Part shown: piece after piece, positions 1 through 39,278 of the stretch
Position numbering within the stretch: position 1 is the stretch's first letter
Layout: each line of letters starts with the position of its first letter
Source: Chrysomallon squamiferum
Taxonomy: Eukaryota > Animalia > Mollusca
DNA: 64,000 nt
Direction: 5' to 3'
NCBI GenBank assembly: GCA_012295275.1
Contig: CM022665.1
Span: 40,052,001-40,116,000, forward strand
Program-made: the position numbers and the translations under genes
The notes under the pieces: generated by a model
Databases searched by the model: none
Seen by the model: only the letters and a program-made list of their open reading frames with translations
Told to the model about the DNA's origin: nothing

Positions 1-525
1 CTTCTCTGCTCTTTACTAATCCTCCATATCACAAACACTAAAACGTACAAATAACACAAAGAGACAACACACTCGTATTAATCATATGCCCACGACAGGC
101 GTGGATCAGTCTTAAGTGGGAGTAAACCCGAATAAAATTATTGATCCACTGTTCTATTGATGCACGTATTGCAACGATCTGCAGCATCGATTTTGATTTA
201 AATACTTCAAGATCGTTGAAAAATCGAATTCTTAGCGCTCTTATTGACTTTGCTGGGCTCCGAGTTGTAATATAATACATCTTGATCTCAGTTTCCAAGT
301 GGTTGTTTTAAGTCGCAGAGTGACAAAGCTTCTTAACTTTAAAAGGTTTATTACGTAAAGTCTAGACAAGTGAATTGTGCTTGTTTCTGATACTTACACA
401 GGGAAACATATAACATAGAAATGTGTTAGGTCTCTGCAAACAGAAAGAGAAGAAAATGTGCATCGGGAATCGTCGACAAATACGTTGACACAAAAACCAA
501 GATAGAAAAAAAAAATAACAGATGC

Positions 526-812
<287 letters not shown>

Positions 813-1183
813 AACAGACGGAAATAAGCTGACATAAATTAAATACACATTCTTACTAATAAAAATGAAACATTGAACAGTGTGAATAATGATAGCTGGA
901 GAACACCAGCATCTTTTATCAGAAAATAAAAATATTTATTTGACGCAGGCGTGACTAAACATTTCACTTTAAGCTATTACGTGTTAGACGAAATGGTGCA
1001 GCGATTTATCAGTCGTCTCTAATATAAATGCAAATAGGTCAAAGGAACCTTGTTATTGTTCGCGATATTGTAAATGAGAAAACAGATGTTTATATCCATT
1101 TTATTTCCCTTTTAATCTATATTCTTAAAAACTTCTTCCAGTGTTAATATCACAGTCGTAAGTCAAAGGAACCTGGTGAAAGA

Positions 1184-1805
1184 GTGTGATATTGTAAACA
1201 AGATGTTTCGAAATCTATTTTTCTCCTGCACAAATTTGATAAAACTGTTTCTTACTTTGAAGTTGACGTCTGCTCACATAAAAGATGATGACTTTGGATA
1301 AAATGGTGGAATTATCACAGAAGAAGATACCTAAGTTGAATAATAAGGTAATAGAGTGTGATGTTGTAAACAGGATGTTTTGAAATATCTTTTTCCCATG
1401 CACAACATTTTAAAAATTGTTTCTTACTTTAAAGTTGACGTCTGGTCACAGAAAAAAATGGGGGAATTATCACGGAAGAAGATACATAAGTCGAATAATA
1501 AGGTAATAGAGTATGATATTATAAACAAGAAATTTCGAAATCTATTTTTTCTCCTGCACAAATTTGATAAAACCGTTTCTTACTTTAAAGTTGACGTCTG
1601 GTCACATAAAGGACGATGACTTCGGAAAAAAGGAGGAATTATCACAGAAGAAGATACATAAGTCGAATAATAAGAATTGTAAACGATGTTTTGAAATATC
1701 TTTTTCTCCTGCACAAATCTTATAAAACTGTTTCTTACTTTAAAGTTGACGTCTGGTCACATAACAAATGGTGGAATTACCACAGAAGATACATAAGTCG
1801 AATAT
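1184..1805. repeat. ~155-175-bp tandem repeat, about 4 copies
   Basis: Recurrent GTTTCTTACTTTAAAGTTGACGTCTGGTCACA ... GAATTATCACAGAAGAAGATACATAAGTCGAATA. Confidence 0.9.
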
Positions 1806-1883
1806 CATCATGTTGGATTGATCAAGTTAAGCCGTCGTATTCGAGTTAAACATAAACATTCGATTGAATGAATGAAAAGCAGT

Positions 1884-1928
<45 letters not shown>

Positions 1929-3080
1929 TAAAATTAAAATTAAAATAAATAAATAAATAAAAACAAAAAAAAACACAGCTAATTAACTAAATAAAATAGT
2001 ATAGTAGTAGAAATAACTGCAATGACAATGATGATAATAACGATAATTATGATGATGATGATGATAATAATATAAATAATAATAATAATAACGATGATAA
2101 TGATGATGATGATGATAATAATAATAATAACAACAACAACAACAACATCATCAAAACAACAATAGAATTTACATTCTGTATTGATTTGTTTTTCTCTCTA
2201 GTATAAACATTACACGTTCTATTTGCTACTTCAATCTGATCTGTGGAATCCAAACTCAAAACTGAATGTTGGCGTCGCTTGAGTCTCTACTGAATGTAAA
2301 TTCTGGCATCAAATCAGAAAGAAACGACGACACAGCATAATAATGGAAGTGTATTGAGTATGAAAGTCAAAATTATATTAAACATAAATGACATTACAGT
2401 AATAGAGCCATTTCACTTCGATAAAACTTAAATAGAAATGTCATTTAAAGGCAATAACTAAACCAAGGCAAAAGAATGTATTACGATTTTCGACGTTACA
2501 GAGTTAAATAGTTAAATAAATGTTCTTACATATAAGAGGTTAATAACAATCTTCTGTAAAGAAAATGGCTTACTGAGTATAAAAAAAAAAAAAAAAACTG
2601 GATATTTAAAAAAAAAGAAAAAAAAAGTTAACAATCTTAATTTACATACCATTCCTCCACCATTCGTTTGAAGTGTTTATAAAATTGCACAAAAAAACTT
2701 TCTGTTATTCATTCGTTATTTTTCTTTCTTTCTGTTCATTTTATTTGTTCTTTATTTTTTTTTTTTTTTTTTTTTTTTTTCCGAATAGTAAAGTAAACTT
2801 CAACAAGGAATGCTAGACTTGCCACTTTCCAATCGATTTCTTTCTCAACTATTTTTTTTTTTTTTTTTCTTTTTTTAATGTTTAATATTTTTGTTCTTTC
2901 TTTTTTTTTTTTTTATTTATTTATTTTATTTTATTTTTTTTTTTATTTATTGTTCTTTCTTTCTATTTCTTTTTTCTTTTCTTCTTCTTCTTCTAATTAT
3001 TATTATTAATTAATTAATTAATTAAAAGGAAAGACTACAAAGGTTAAAGGAAACAGAATAATAAAAACAACAACTACAAT

Positions 3081-3125
<45 letters not shown>

Positions 3126-3239
3126 AATAATAATAATAATTAAATGAGAAAAAAATTACTTTTGTTAAACTATGAAATCAAACATTTACGTTTTATTTTT
3201 TTATTTATTTATTTTTTTTTTTTTAATATCTTAAACCAG

Positions 3240-5062
3240 ACGAGTTTCGTTTTGCAAACATTGACTGATTTTGGTTCTGATACTGATTTCTTTAATGGTA
3301 TGAGTAGAAAGAAAGAATTCTTTAAAGTAAGTATTTAATTAACAAAGTAATTATCTCTCTGTGTTTACCTTCACGTATCAGAATGATAGTTTTCCTAACA
3401 ACAAAGAATCCCCCATGAATTACTTTTAATGATTTCTGATTAATGAAATTAGGAGTTTCTAAAGCTCTTCGGCCCAAAATTTAAAAAAACACACATTTTA
3501 ATAAGAGTTAAATTTGCAAGAATCAAAATATGAATATGCAGCTTTAAAGCAACTTCAAAATAAAAAAAATAAAAAAAAAAAAAAAAAAAAAGAAAGAAAG
3601 AAAGAAAGAACCCCAACAAAACCAACAGAACAAAATAAAAAATAAAAACAATCGTTACAAAGTTTGAAAAAAATAAAAAATAATAAAATAAAAAGAAAAG
3701 CATTTTCAACAAGGAAAAATCTTTTGGGCAGACGTGATTATAAAAGACATTATTTCAAACAGATAAATACAAAAATAGCACTTTCTTCTTGCTCTTTGCA
3801 CTGTTTTGCTCGACTTTGAGTTGCACTTTCATCACACACGTAAAAACCTTGTTACTGAAAGCCACCGAGGTGTTATTAAACAAACATATACATTCATTCT
3901 TTCACCGAGCTAATACAGGCTACGTTATTAATTTTATTTGACATTATATGGAAACAAATACGTACATTGGAAATTGCACACACATACACACAAACACACT
4001 GACATACAAACACACACACACACATACACGACTGAAAAAATCACGTGTTTTTTATTTACGTAATTCAATATAACAGAAAAAAAAACAGAGAAAAAAAAAA
4101 AAAACGTTGATGTATTATTGTGTACATGGAATAGACATTTATCTGCTTTGTCGCCGCCACTAGAAAATTGATGATGAATTTTAACTTTGAGTTTACGTTT
4201 TGTTTTTTTTTTTTTTTATTTCCGAAAAATAAAGTAAGAAAAATATCTGAGAGTAACGTTTGCCATTTCCATTTTGAAAATACATTCGAAATAGTACGTG
4301 ATTCTGCGGAAGCAGATTTCCTGTTGTTGTGGTCGAATATGTCTGCTGCAGAATAATGGATTATTATTGTTTATTTTTTCTCAGAATTAAAGAAGGAAAA
4401 AAAATCATTTATATGTACTTTGCATGAAAAAAGAAGAAAAAAAAAACAACAACAACAACACATCCTTTATTAAATGCGTGGGAGGAATGGCTGGGATTGA
4501 AATAACCTATTAGTGCATACAAATTGAAGAGATTTGAACATGCGACCCATCGCACCTCGTTCCAACACTGACCAGTGCTTCCCAAACGAATGGATTCGGA
4601 AAAGGTTATTCTTAATACATTATATTCAAAATGCTCCCTACCCCCACCCCACCCTGAGTTGCACACCCCACATTTGGAGAATTATGTGCTGGAGTTAGCG
4701 TGCATAATGTGAATTTGAATAGAAGAATCTTAACTAATGAATTAGGACTGTTTATTTTGTGTGTGTGCGTGCGTGTGTGTGTGTGTGTGCGCGTGTGTGT
4801 GTGCGTGCTCTTAGTCTCAAATTTAACACCAAAAAAAAAACTTCGTTGCAGCGTTCAAGTACCATTTTCATTACCGTTTGACTTTATTTTTGTTACCTTG
4901 CAGGTGATAACTATGTACTCTACATCTAATTTTACTTCCAACAGACAGGTAAGTTATTTGGGCTTTGTCTTAACCTTGGCTGCAGGTTTAATATCTTTGT
5001 TATCGTTTCTTTATGGTCGAAATGTGTTACAGAAATACCTCGTTCACGTTTTGCTGCAGTAA
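3240..5062 (+). CDS. Possible 3' exons of a small membrane protein (claudin/PMP22-like tetraspan)
   Basis: Terminal exon 4904-5062 after ttgcag encodes VITMYSTSNFTSNRQVSYLGFVLTLAAGLISLLSFLYGRN..., resembling a final TM helix. Candidate upstream exons are 3240-3297 (or 3326) and 3763 onward (STFFLLFALFCSTLSCTFI). A full phase-consistent chain could not be closed. Confidence 0.3.
4460..4580 (-). mobile_element. Degenerate tRNA-derived SINE head
   Basis: Minus strand GAGGTGCGATGGGTCGCATGTTCAAATCTC...ATAGGTTATTTCAATCCCAGCCATT...AATAAAGG. Confidence 0.45.
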
Positions 5063-5304
5063 AAATGTCAGATGTCCTGCATGTTTATGTATCGTTCTTC
5101 CACTTTGTGTGTACTTTATCTCAAGTGTTTTGGTTCAGTCAGTAATACATTTTTCAGTTACTACATGACTAAAGTTAAGGTGCATATGTGTAAAGATAAT
5201 GTATACTGAACGAATACATGTCAAATCTGAATAGATGGTTTATAAATAATTGACTTTAATTTTTATACTACTACTAGCGACACTCTTACTACAGCTACTA
5301 CTAT

Positions 5305-5336
<32 letters not shown>

Positions 5337-5544
5337 GTGATATTATTACTGCTGCTGCTACTACTACTACTAATAATAATATTAACAGTAATAAGCAAAA
5401 TATTAACAATAATAACAAAAAAGATCAAAATAATAGATAGAAAATAAAACCAAAACTTCCAAGGCAGACTAAAGAATAAAATAAAATAAAGCAAAGCTAT
5501 ACAGTATCCTCCTCACTATAATTAAATAAATAAACAAATAAATA

Positions 5545-5582
5545 AATAAGTAACAAACACACATTACTTCGACAGTTTTATT
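5545..5582 (-). terminator. Candidate polyadenylation signal of MAN2C1
   Basis: AATAAA (5577-5582, minus) followed by a GU/U-rich element (GTGTGTTTGTT); implies a 3' UTR up to ~3.3 kb. More proximal sites are possible. Confidence 0.35.
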
Positions 5583-6273
5583 GCATATGATGAAATAGCC
5601 AAGATAAAATTTTGCTTACAATGATAATTTCCAAAAATTTCATATAATCCAAATACATACAAAGCTAAACACTTTTTTCCCCTGTGTAACAACAGCACTG
5701 CTGAATCTGTATAATCAATATCTGCATAAAGTAAACTTCAAGAGTTTTATAAAACAACAAAAGCAAGCATCACAAGGAGTAAATTACTTGTAAATAGTCA
5801 GCACATAATAATATTAGCTTAAAAATTATACATTATGAAGTAAATATTGTATAGCTCTTTCTATATATATATATATTGTGCATTCAGTCACTATAAACAG
5901 TGGCAAAATATGTTAACTAGATAAATATTCTGGACAACTTCCATTTCATCAAAAAAAAAAAAAAAAAAAAAACGAAAAAACATTGCTTTTGTTCATTACT
6001 AAACACATTAGTTCACAGTTACGTTTTCATTTGAAATATTATTCAAAAAAGAATTTACTGTTTAAAAATAACAACTGTTATTTTATAGTACATGATCACA
6101 AATAATTAGGAACACAGCACATCATCTTTAAATAAATTAAACTGTCAAAAAGATTTCTAGGAAAATATATGAATAATTTCACCCAGCTCCACGTGGAATG
6201 AAAACAAAAATATAACTTTAATTCAGTTTTGCTTTTGAATTATAACTCTTTTTTTTAATTTATTTTTATTTAT

Positions 6274-6312
<39 letters not shown>

Positions 6313-6349
6313 TTAATTATTATTATTACTATTACATTATTATTATTAT

Positions 6350-6391
<42 letters not shown>

Positions 6392-7421
6392 ATTTTAATT
6401 TTAATTTCCTGTTATTGGGGTGGGGTGGGGGAATTACCCCAATTCATTAAAAATTCATTTCCAGAATATTCAAAACAATTAACTATTCTACTCCCACATA
6501 TATACTGGTTTTTAAAAGTGATGACTCGGATATATAAAAAACCAATAGTTAAAAAAATAATCTGAAAGAATTAATCATGATTGTCTGTTAGTCGCAAAGC
6601 ATACGTTTTATGTAATGTAACAGCAAAATACTGGAAACGTATGGAGGACATCATGATATATGAAATAACAGATACTGAAATATGGAAGTATTACTATTTC
6701 ATATTTATTTATTTATTTATTTATCCTGCAATCACTATAAACAGTGGCAAGATATGATAACCAAATAAATTACTATATTTTCGGTCATTGACCAAATCAA
6801 TGGTTCATTGGAACAGTGAATATGTGTGTATATATATATATTCCAAAGTGACTTCTTTAGAGTTTAAATGCTTGTTTAGATCATTCTGAAAACAGTTTTG
6901 ATTATTAAACACAATTCATCTGACAATAACTGGCTGTTTTTGACATGACATTGTATCATTTCAAAACACTAGACTGACAAAAAACAACAATTATTACTTG
7001 TAAGCTTACAAGGTAACTTAAAAACGTGTTTTTTTTTTACATCTGTGAATAAATTCAAAAACATTCTGCAGTACTGAATACTCAATCATTTTCAGACAAA
7101 ATATTAATATTTTCATGTAATTCCATCTGGAATGCATCGCAATTGCTACATTTGGAATAACAATTGTAAGAGACTAATAATTTTATTCCACTTAACTTCT
7201 GAATAAAACAAATGTAATGTATTTTTTTTTTAATTATTTAACTGTGAAATTTAAGCACTTTTTAGTGATATTTCAGATTTATGCTATTTTTAGCTGATAT
7301 TCCAGACCTGGATCTTATAATCAAAAAAATCAAGTATTTTCAAAAATGTTCTCGACATGAAAGAATCATTTACAAATTAAAGTTCTCAGTATAAATTTCA
7401 AAACTGGTATTAATGTGTAAA

Positions 7422-7462
<41 letters not shown>

Positions 7463-8892
7463 AAAAAAAAATGGAATTTTTTAATGTGTTCATGATTGTC
7501 TATTGACAGTAAAATGTTCACACTGCCAATAATAAAAAGTGAAAAATGCCAAGGACTTGCGTTGGTGGTCAAGATACTTTCGGCATTCAAACAACAACAT
7601 ATATGTCAAAATACCAATGTCTGGCTACATATACACATACACATACTGAAAAATAACTGACAAAAAGGAATAGATTCATTTCAGTTCAAAAATGTAATCA
7701 GAAATGTAATCTAAGTTAATAAAAGCTACAAATATATTTTGCCTTTTTTCCAAAATGCTTCAAAAATGTGATTGTTTCAATTCATTATAAACAAACAGTG
7801 CAGTTAACATTTAACTTTGTACTTGAGACCAAAAACGTATCTCTGTTACTGCAAGATACCGGACTTAGCAAAAACAAACAATTAATTTTTTGTAACAATA
7901 TAATGTTACACAAATAACAAATAATTAACATCCAATAATGTTCATTTCTGGCTTCAGAAATACACAAAATCAAGTTTGCTAAATTATTAATTATAATTCA
8001 AGTCAAAGAAACCCGTTAATTATAATCATTCATGCAGTGGTGAGCAAACAACTGATTGCAAAGTGTTTTGTTGTTTGGTGCATAATGCTTCATGATCACA
8101 ATGTAACTAAATATGTGCAAATATTTTATATCTGTATGTGTTATCAAATTTAACATAAATTCTTTCACACACACATGTAATGAAGACAAAGACAACAGTA
8201 AGAAAGAAAAAAAATTACCTGAAAAACCAATACAATCTTTTCTTACAATTTCTTGGCGATTCGTGATGCATTTTTCAACAGTTCGTTTTTTTTTTTTTCA
8301 ATGCGGATATGGTATCAAATAACCAAATAAATATAAATGCACTGTGCTTGGTTCCACACTCAACACAAATTTATTTCAGGAATTTAATAAATTCAAAGAG
8401 CACAAGAAAAGCCAAAAAAAAAAAAAAAATCACCTTTTATTTCTTTTTTTTTTTTTTTTTTGGTTATTGAACTTAAAACACTCTGTTAATTGCTTAGTTA
8501 TCATGATTCTGACAAATAACTTTTTAATATAAAAAAATTCATCAGAGATTCCATTTCTCTGACATAAAATTTACCAACCAATTCTTTTCTTCTGATACAA
8601 ACTTCACAATAAATTTCCTTTCTTTTTATCAGTAAAAAAAAATTTGTAACAAATTCCCTTCTTTTTTTTTAATACAAAACTGAAAATGTCTTACGTGGCT
8701 TTTACTTATAAATTCTTTTTTAACAAATTCCTTTCTTTTTTACTGACACAAAATTATACAACAGCCTCATTCCATTTACTACAAAAAATTCATACAAAAT
8801 ATCTCTTTCTTTTTACCAATACAAAAATCACCTATGGATTTTTTAAACAAAATTTCCCAGAAGCTTCTGGAATACTGACGTCTTGATGACAT

Positions 8893-35880
<26,988 letters not shown>

Positions 35881-36287
35881 CTGAAAAATATGACAATTGA
35901 AATGATTTGTATAAATAAAATCAAAAAATAATAATAAAAAATAGCAGCAGAATAATAGTAGTAGTAGCAGAAGCCATATTTGTTGTAATAGTTGATATGG
36001 ACCATAACAGATCGAAAGCTACATCTACTGATTTTAAGGCCAGTTGTATAAAAGAATTTAATTCTTTTACTTTTTTTTGGAGAGCTTTAGGGAGAGTAGA
36101 ATTGGCGAGATTCTCCTCCAGGAATTTGATGTGATGTATGCACTGCAGAATGCCATACATCAGTTTTACTAAACTTGGCAGAAGGTTTGTTTTGTTGCTA
36201 ACGTTATTTTTTAATTTTGGGTTTTTGGTATTATTTAGTTACACCATGTTTTCTAAGGTAAATACATATACACGCAAAAAAGAATGG

Positions 36288-36500
36288 TACAAGTAGATAA
36301 CTGTACACAAAAAAAGTACAAGTCCATAACTATACACAAAAAATTACAAGTAGATAACTATACACAAAAAAGTGCAAGTAGATAACTATACACAAAAAAT
36401 TTCAAGTAGATAACTATACACAAAAAAGTACAAGTAGATAACTATACACAAAAAAGTACAAGTAGATAACTATACACAAAAAAGTACAAGTAGATAACTA
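36288..36500. repeat. 28-bp tandem repeat (about 8 copies) within the PLE terminal region
   Basis: Unit CAAGTAGATAACTATACACAAAAAAGTA. Confidence 0.92.
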
Positions 36501-36538
36501 AATTCTTTAAAAAGAAAGAATGTTTACACTGTCTGGCT

Positions 36539-36576
36539 GGCTAACTAGTTTCGCAATACTGCGCTTCTTCAGAGCC
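36539..36576 (-). ncRNA. Minimal type I hammerhead ribozyme (PLE-associated)
   Basis: Minus-strand RNA GGCU-CUGAAGA-A-GCG-CAGUAU-UGC-GAAA-C-UA-GUU-AGCC: stem I GGCU/AGCC, core CUGANGA and GAAA, 3-bp stem II, palindromic mini stem III (AACUAGUU), cleavage triplet GUU. Confidence 0.85.
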
Positions 36577-38117
36577 TAAGAGGTGAATCCAAAGAAAGTT
36601 TGGTTGTTGGCTCATTTATGATATATTTGACTAAAACACTCAGTGGGTGTTCCTGTAGACAAGCAATAATTCTGTTGAATTTATTTTTATTGGTTCACCA
36701 CATGGCTTCCTACAATTTTTTATAATATTTCGTATTATTTAGTTGTCTATGGGTTTCACGGATGTGATTTTCCCTTGATAAAATAACAGTTGCTGATCCT
36801 TTGTCTGCCAGTTTGATTATTATTTTGAGATTTTTGCATTGATTGTTGAGAGCACGTCGTTCCATAACCAAGAGATTTAGTTTATTTGAATAAGCTGTTA
36901 ATTTTCTATCATTTTCATATACATTCCTGTAAATTTTTACGATCTCAGGATCAATTTTTGAATTATCGGGTGTCCAACCAGAATTTTCTATCAATGGTAG
37001 TTGTTCTCCACTTGAGTTTTTAAAATAACCGGCTAATTTCATCTTATGTTCAAAAATAGCCGAGTCCATTATGCCATCATCAAGAAGCCCTTCTAAACCA
37101 TTTTTGGGTTGAAGGGTAGGAACAAAATTAAGACCTCGGTCCAACAGTGACTTTTTGGCCGTTGTTAGAAAGTTATTGTTTCCTGTTAGATTTACGATGT
37201 TTGTACCTAACCCTATATTATGGTGGTTAATACCTTTACCTGAATTTAGTTTAAATTTAAGTTATTTATCCAACTTAAATATATTCTGTTGGCCGTTCCT
37301 TCGGTCCAATGGGTTAGGTCCTGGATCACTTCAAACTCGTTGTTTGGGATTGCTGTTAATAGGTTTACATCCCTCAAAGTTTTAGCTGCCAAATTTATTT
37401 GTTTGAGACATGATTTTTGATTAGCAGAAAGTTTATCAGAGAAGTTCATTTCTGCAAAGAATATTTTACTTTTGGGGAATTATTTCCAGATAGCACTTTT
37501 CATGTTCCTTAACTGGTTTGTGCTGGTTGAGGGATTCTGGTCCTTACAGTTTATTCCTATGTTTAAGATTATGTTTTCTGGGTGGGAGTTACTTTTATGG
37601 TTAATGACCATTGTCCTAAAGTGATTAAAGTTGGTGCCTGGATAGCATTCTACTTGGACTTGATTATGCACATCTACATTGATCTGTGATAGATCTGATG
37701 AGCCAAAAATCAAGGTTTTCTTAAGAATTTCAGGCAAGCGCCACTGTGTTTTATCAGACCCAGTGTGTCTGTATTTATAAAATTTAGGTCTAAATGTGGG
37801 AGATTTTAAGGCATTGGTGAATGATTTAGGTGGTTCACTAACTTTAGCAGTGGTGCGTGGAACTGGAGGGTTAGTTTTAGGAACTGGCAGGGTAGCCTTG
37901 AAGTTTGGGCGTTTACACAGAGTACTGATCGATGGTGATGAAAGAGCCCATTTATATATAAAGATAATATTACTTTTTAATATGTTTACATACATTTTCA
38001 TATTTATTACATGTTATATAAAAATGTTTTCCCTTTTATATACATTATCTCATATAAAATTTTATGTATATAAATATGTAATTTTTTTAATTTATTTTAC
38101 CTGTATTGGTTCTCCAT

Positions 38118-38317
38118 NNNNNNNNNNNNNNNNNNNNNNNNNNNNNNNNNNNNNNNNNNNNNNNNNNNNNNNNNNNNNNNNNNNNNNNNNNNNNNNNNNN
38201 NNNNNNNNNNNNNNNNNNNNNNNNNNNNNNNNNNNNNNNNNNNNNNNNNNNNNNNNNNNNNNNNNNNNNNNNNNNNNNNNNNNNNNNNNNNNNNNNNNNN
38301 NNNNNNNNNNNNNNNNN
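38118..38317. other. Assembly gap (200 N)
   Basis: Run of n. Nearby duplicated segments (38370-38450 vs 38489-38570; 38826-38940 vs 38983-39105) suggest a difficult contig end. Confidence 0.99.
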
Positions 38318-39108
38318 CATTTTTTCTCTAAAGTCTCTATCAATAGCAAAGAGCTGAAGTGGCTGACACTTTAAACTTTTATTATTATACATAATAGTAG
38401 TATTACCATTACTACTGGGTACAACAGTTGTTTTTGTTATTAATGCTTTGAATATCTGTCAATAACAGAAAACTGATGAGCGTGTGTTTTAAACTTTTAT
38501 TATTATACATAATAGTAATATTACCATTACTACTGGTACAACAGTTGTTGTTTTGTTATTATTAATGCTTTGAATATATTTGTATTCTTCTTCATTGTTT
38601 TAAGTTCAGGGTTTTGGTTTCGAGATCAGACTATTTTCATCTGGTTTTTTTTAGAAGGGACAGTGCTGAAGATGTTCCACTATTTCAGGAACAGTGCTTC
38701 AGTGGCATGTTCTGGCTTCTGCCATTCGGGGACTTTGTCGGGTGTCATAGTTTAATTTGCAGTGACTCGTTCTCCCACATGACATCATCTCTTGGAAGAT
38801 GGTAGTAGCTGCTTCTGATGTTTAGTTGTGGGTGTTTTTGCAGCCATCGTATAAAGTTTTAGTACTGCATATACATCTAAGGGATTGCACTAATAGCTTC
38901 TTCTTTTCTTTTTCCAGGTCAATTCTGAATTCGACTAAAAAAAAATATATATATACATACATATATATATATATATAAATAATGTGGGTGTTTTTGCAGC
39001 CATCGTATAAAGTTTTAGTACTGCATATACATCTAAGGATTGCACTAATAGCTTCTTCTTTTTTTTTCTTTTCTTTCCAGGTGAATTCTGAATTTGACTA
39101 AAAAAAAA

Positions 39109-39139
<31 letters not shown>

Positions 39140-39278
39140 TCTGTGGACACAGGTAAAAAAGCACATTACACTGTTATTTAATGCTTATTTTTACAGTCAC
39201 TTTTTAATTAATTGGAGCAGTCGCATTTGACAGCCTCTGACCAGAAAGTAACAATGCTGAGAGTTGTTTATTATTTAC

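Larger units (their letters stand above)
35995..39150 (-). mobile_element. Decayed Penelope-like retroelement (PLE) spanning the assembly gap
   Basis: 36710-37200 encodes the PLE RT N-terminal region (IVNLT..LLDRGLNFVPT...IIIKLADKGSATVILSRENHIRETHRQLNNTKYYKKL). 37480-37900 encodes an SGNH-like domain (LIFGSSDL, VECYPG, IILNIGIN). RT core and GIY-YIG are not seen. Followed by a hammerhead, 28-bp repeats and a second ORF1-like head (LVKLMYGILQCIHHI...PKALQKKVKELNSFI) at ~36000-36200. Upper boundary uncertain. Confidence 0.8.

Noticed and set aside
38-298. 86-aa minus-strand ORF
   Set aside because: Non-ATG start, no recognisable homology or splice context.
38473-38490. CTGATGAG as a second hammerhead core (also at ~37696)
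   Set aside because: No stem II followed by GAAA and no stem I pairing.
38822-38934. Alternative last exon for the microprotein (VEFRIDLEKEKKKLL...)
   Set aside because: Phase-compatible, but lies in duplicated PLE-like sequence next to the gap; the nearer 39279-39328 exon is preferred.
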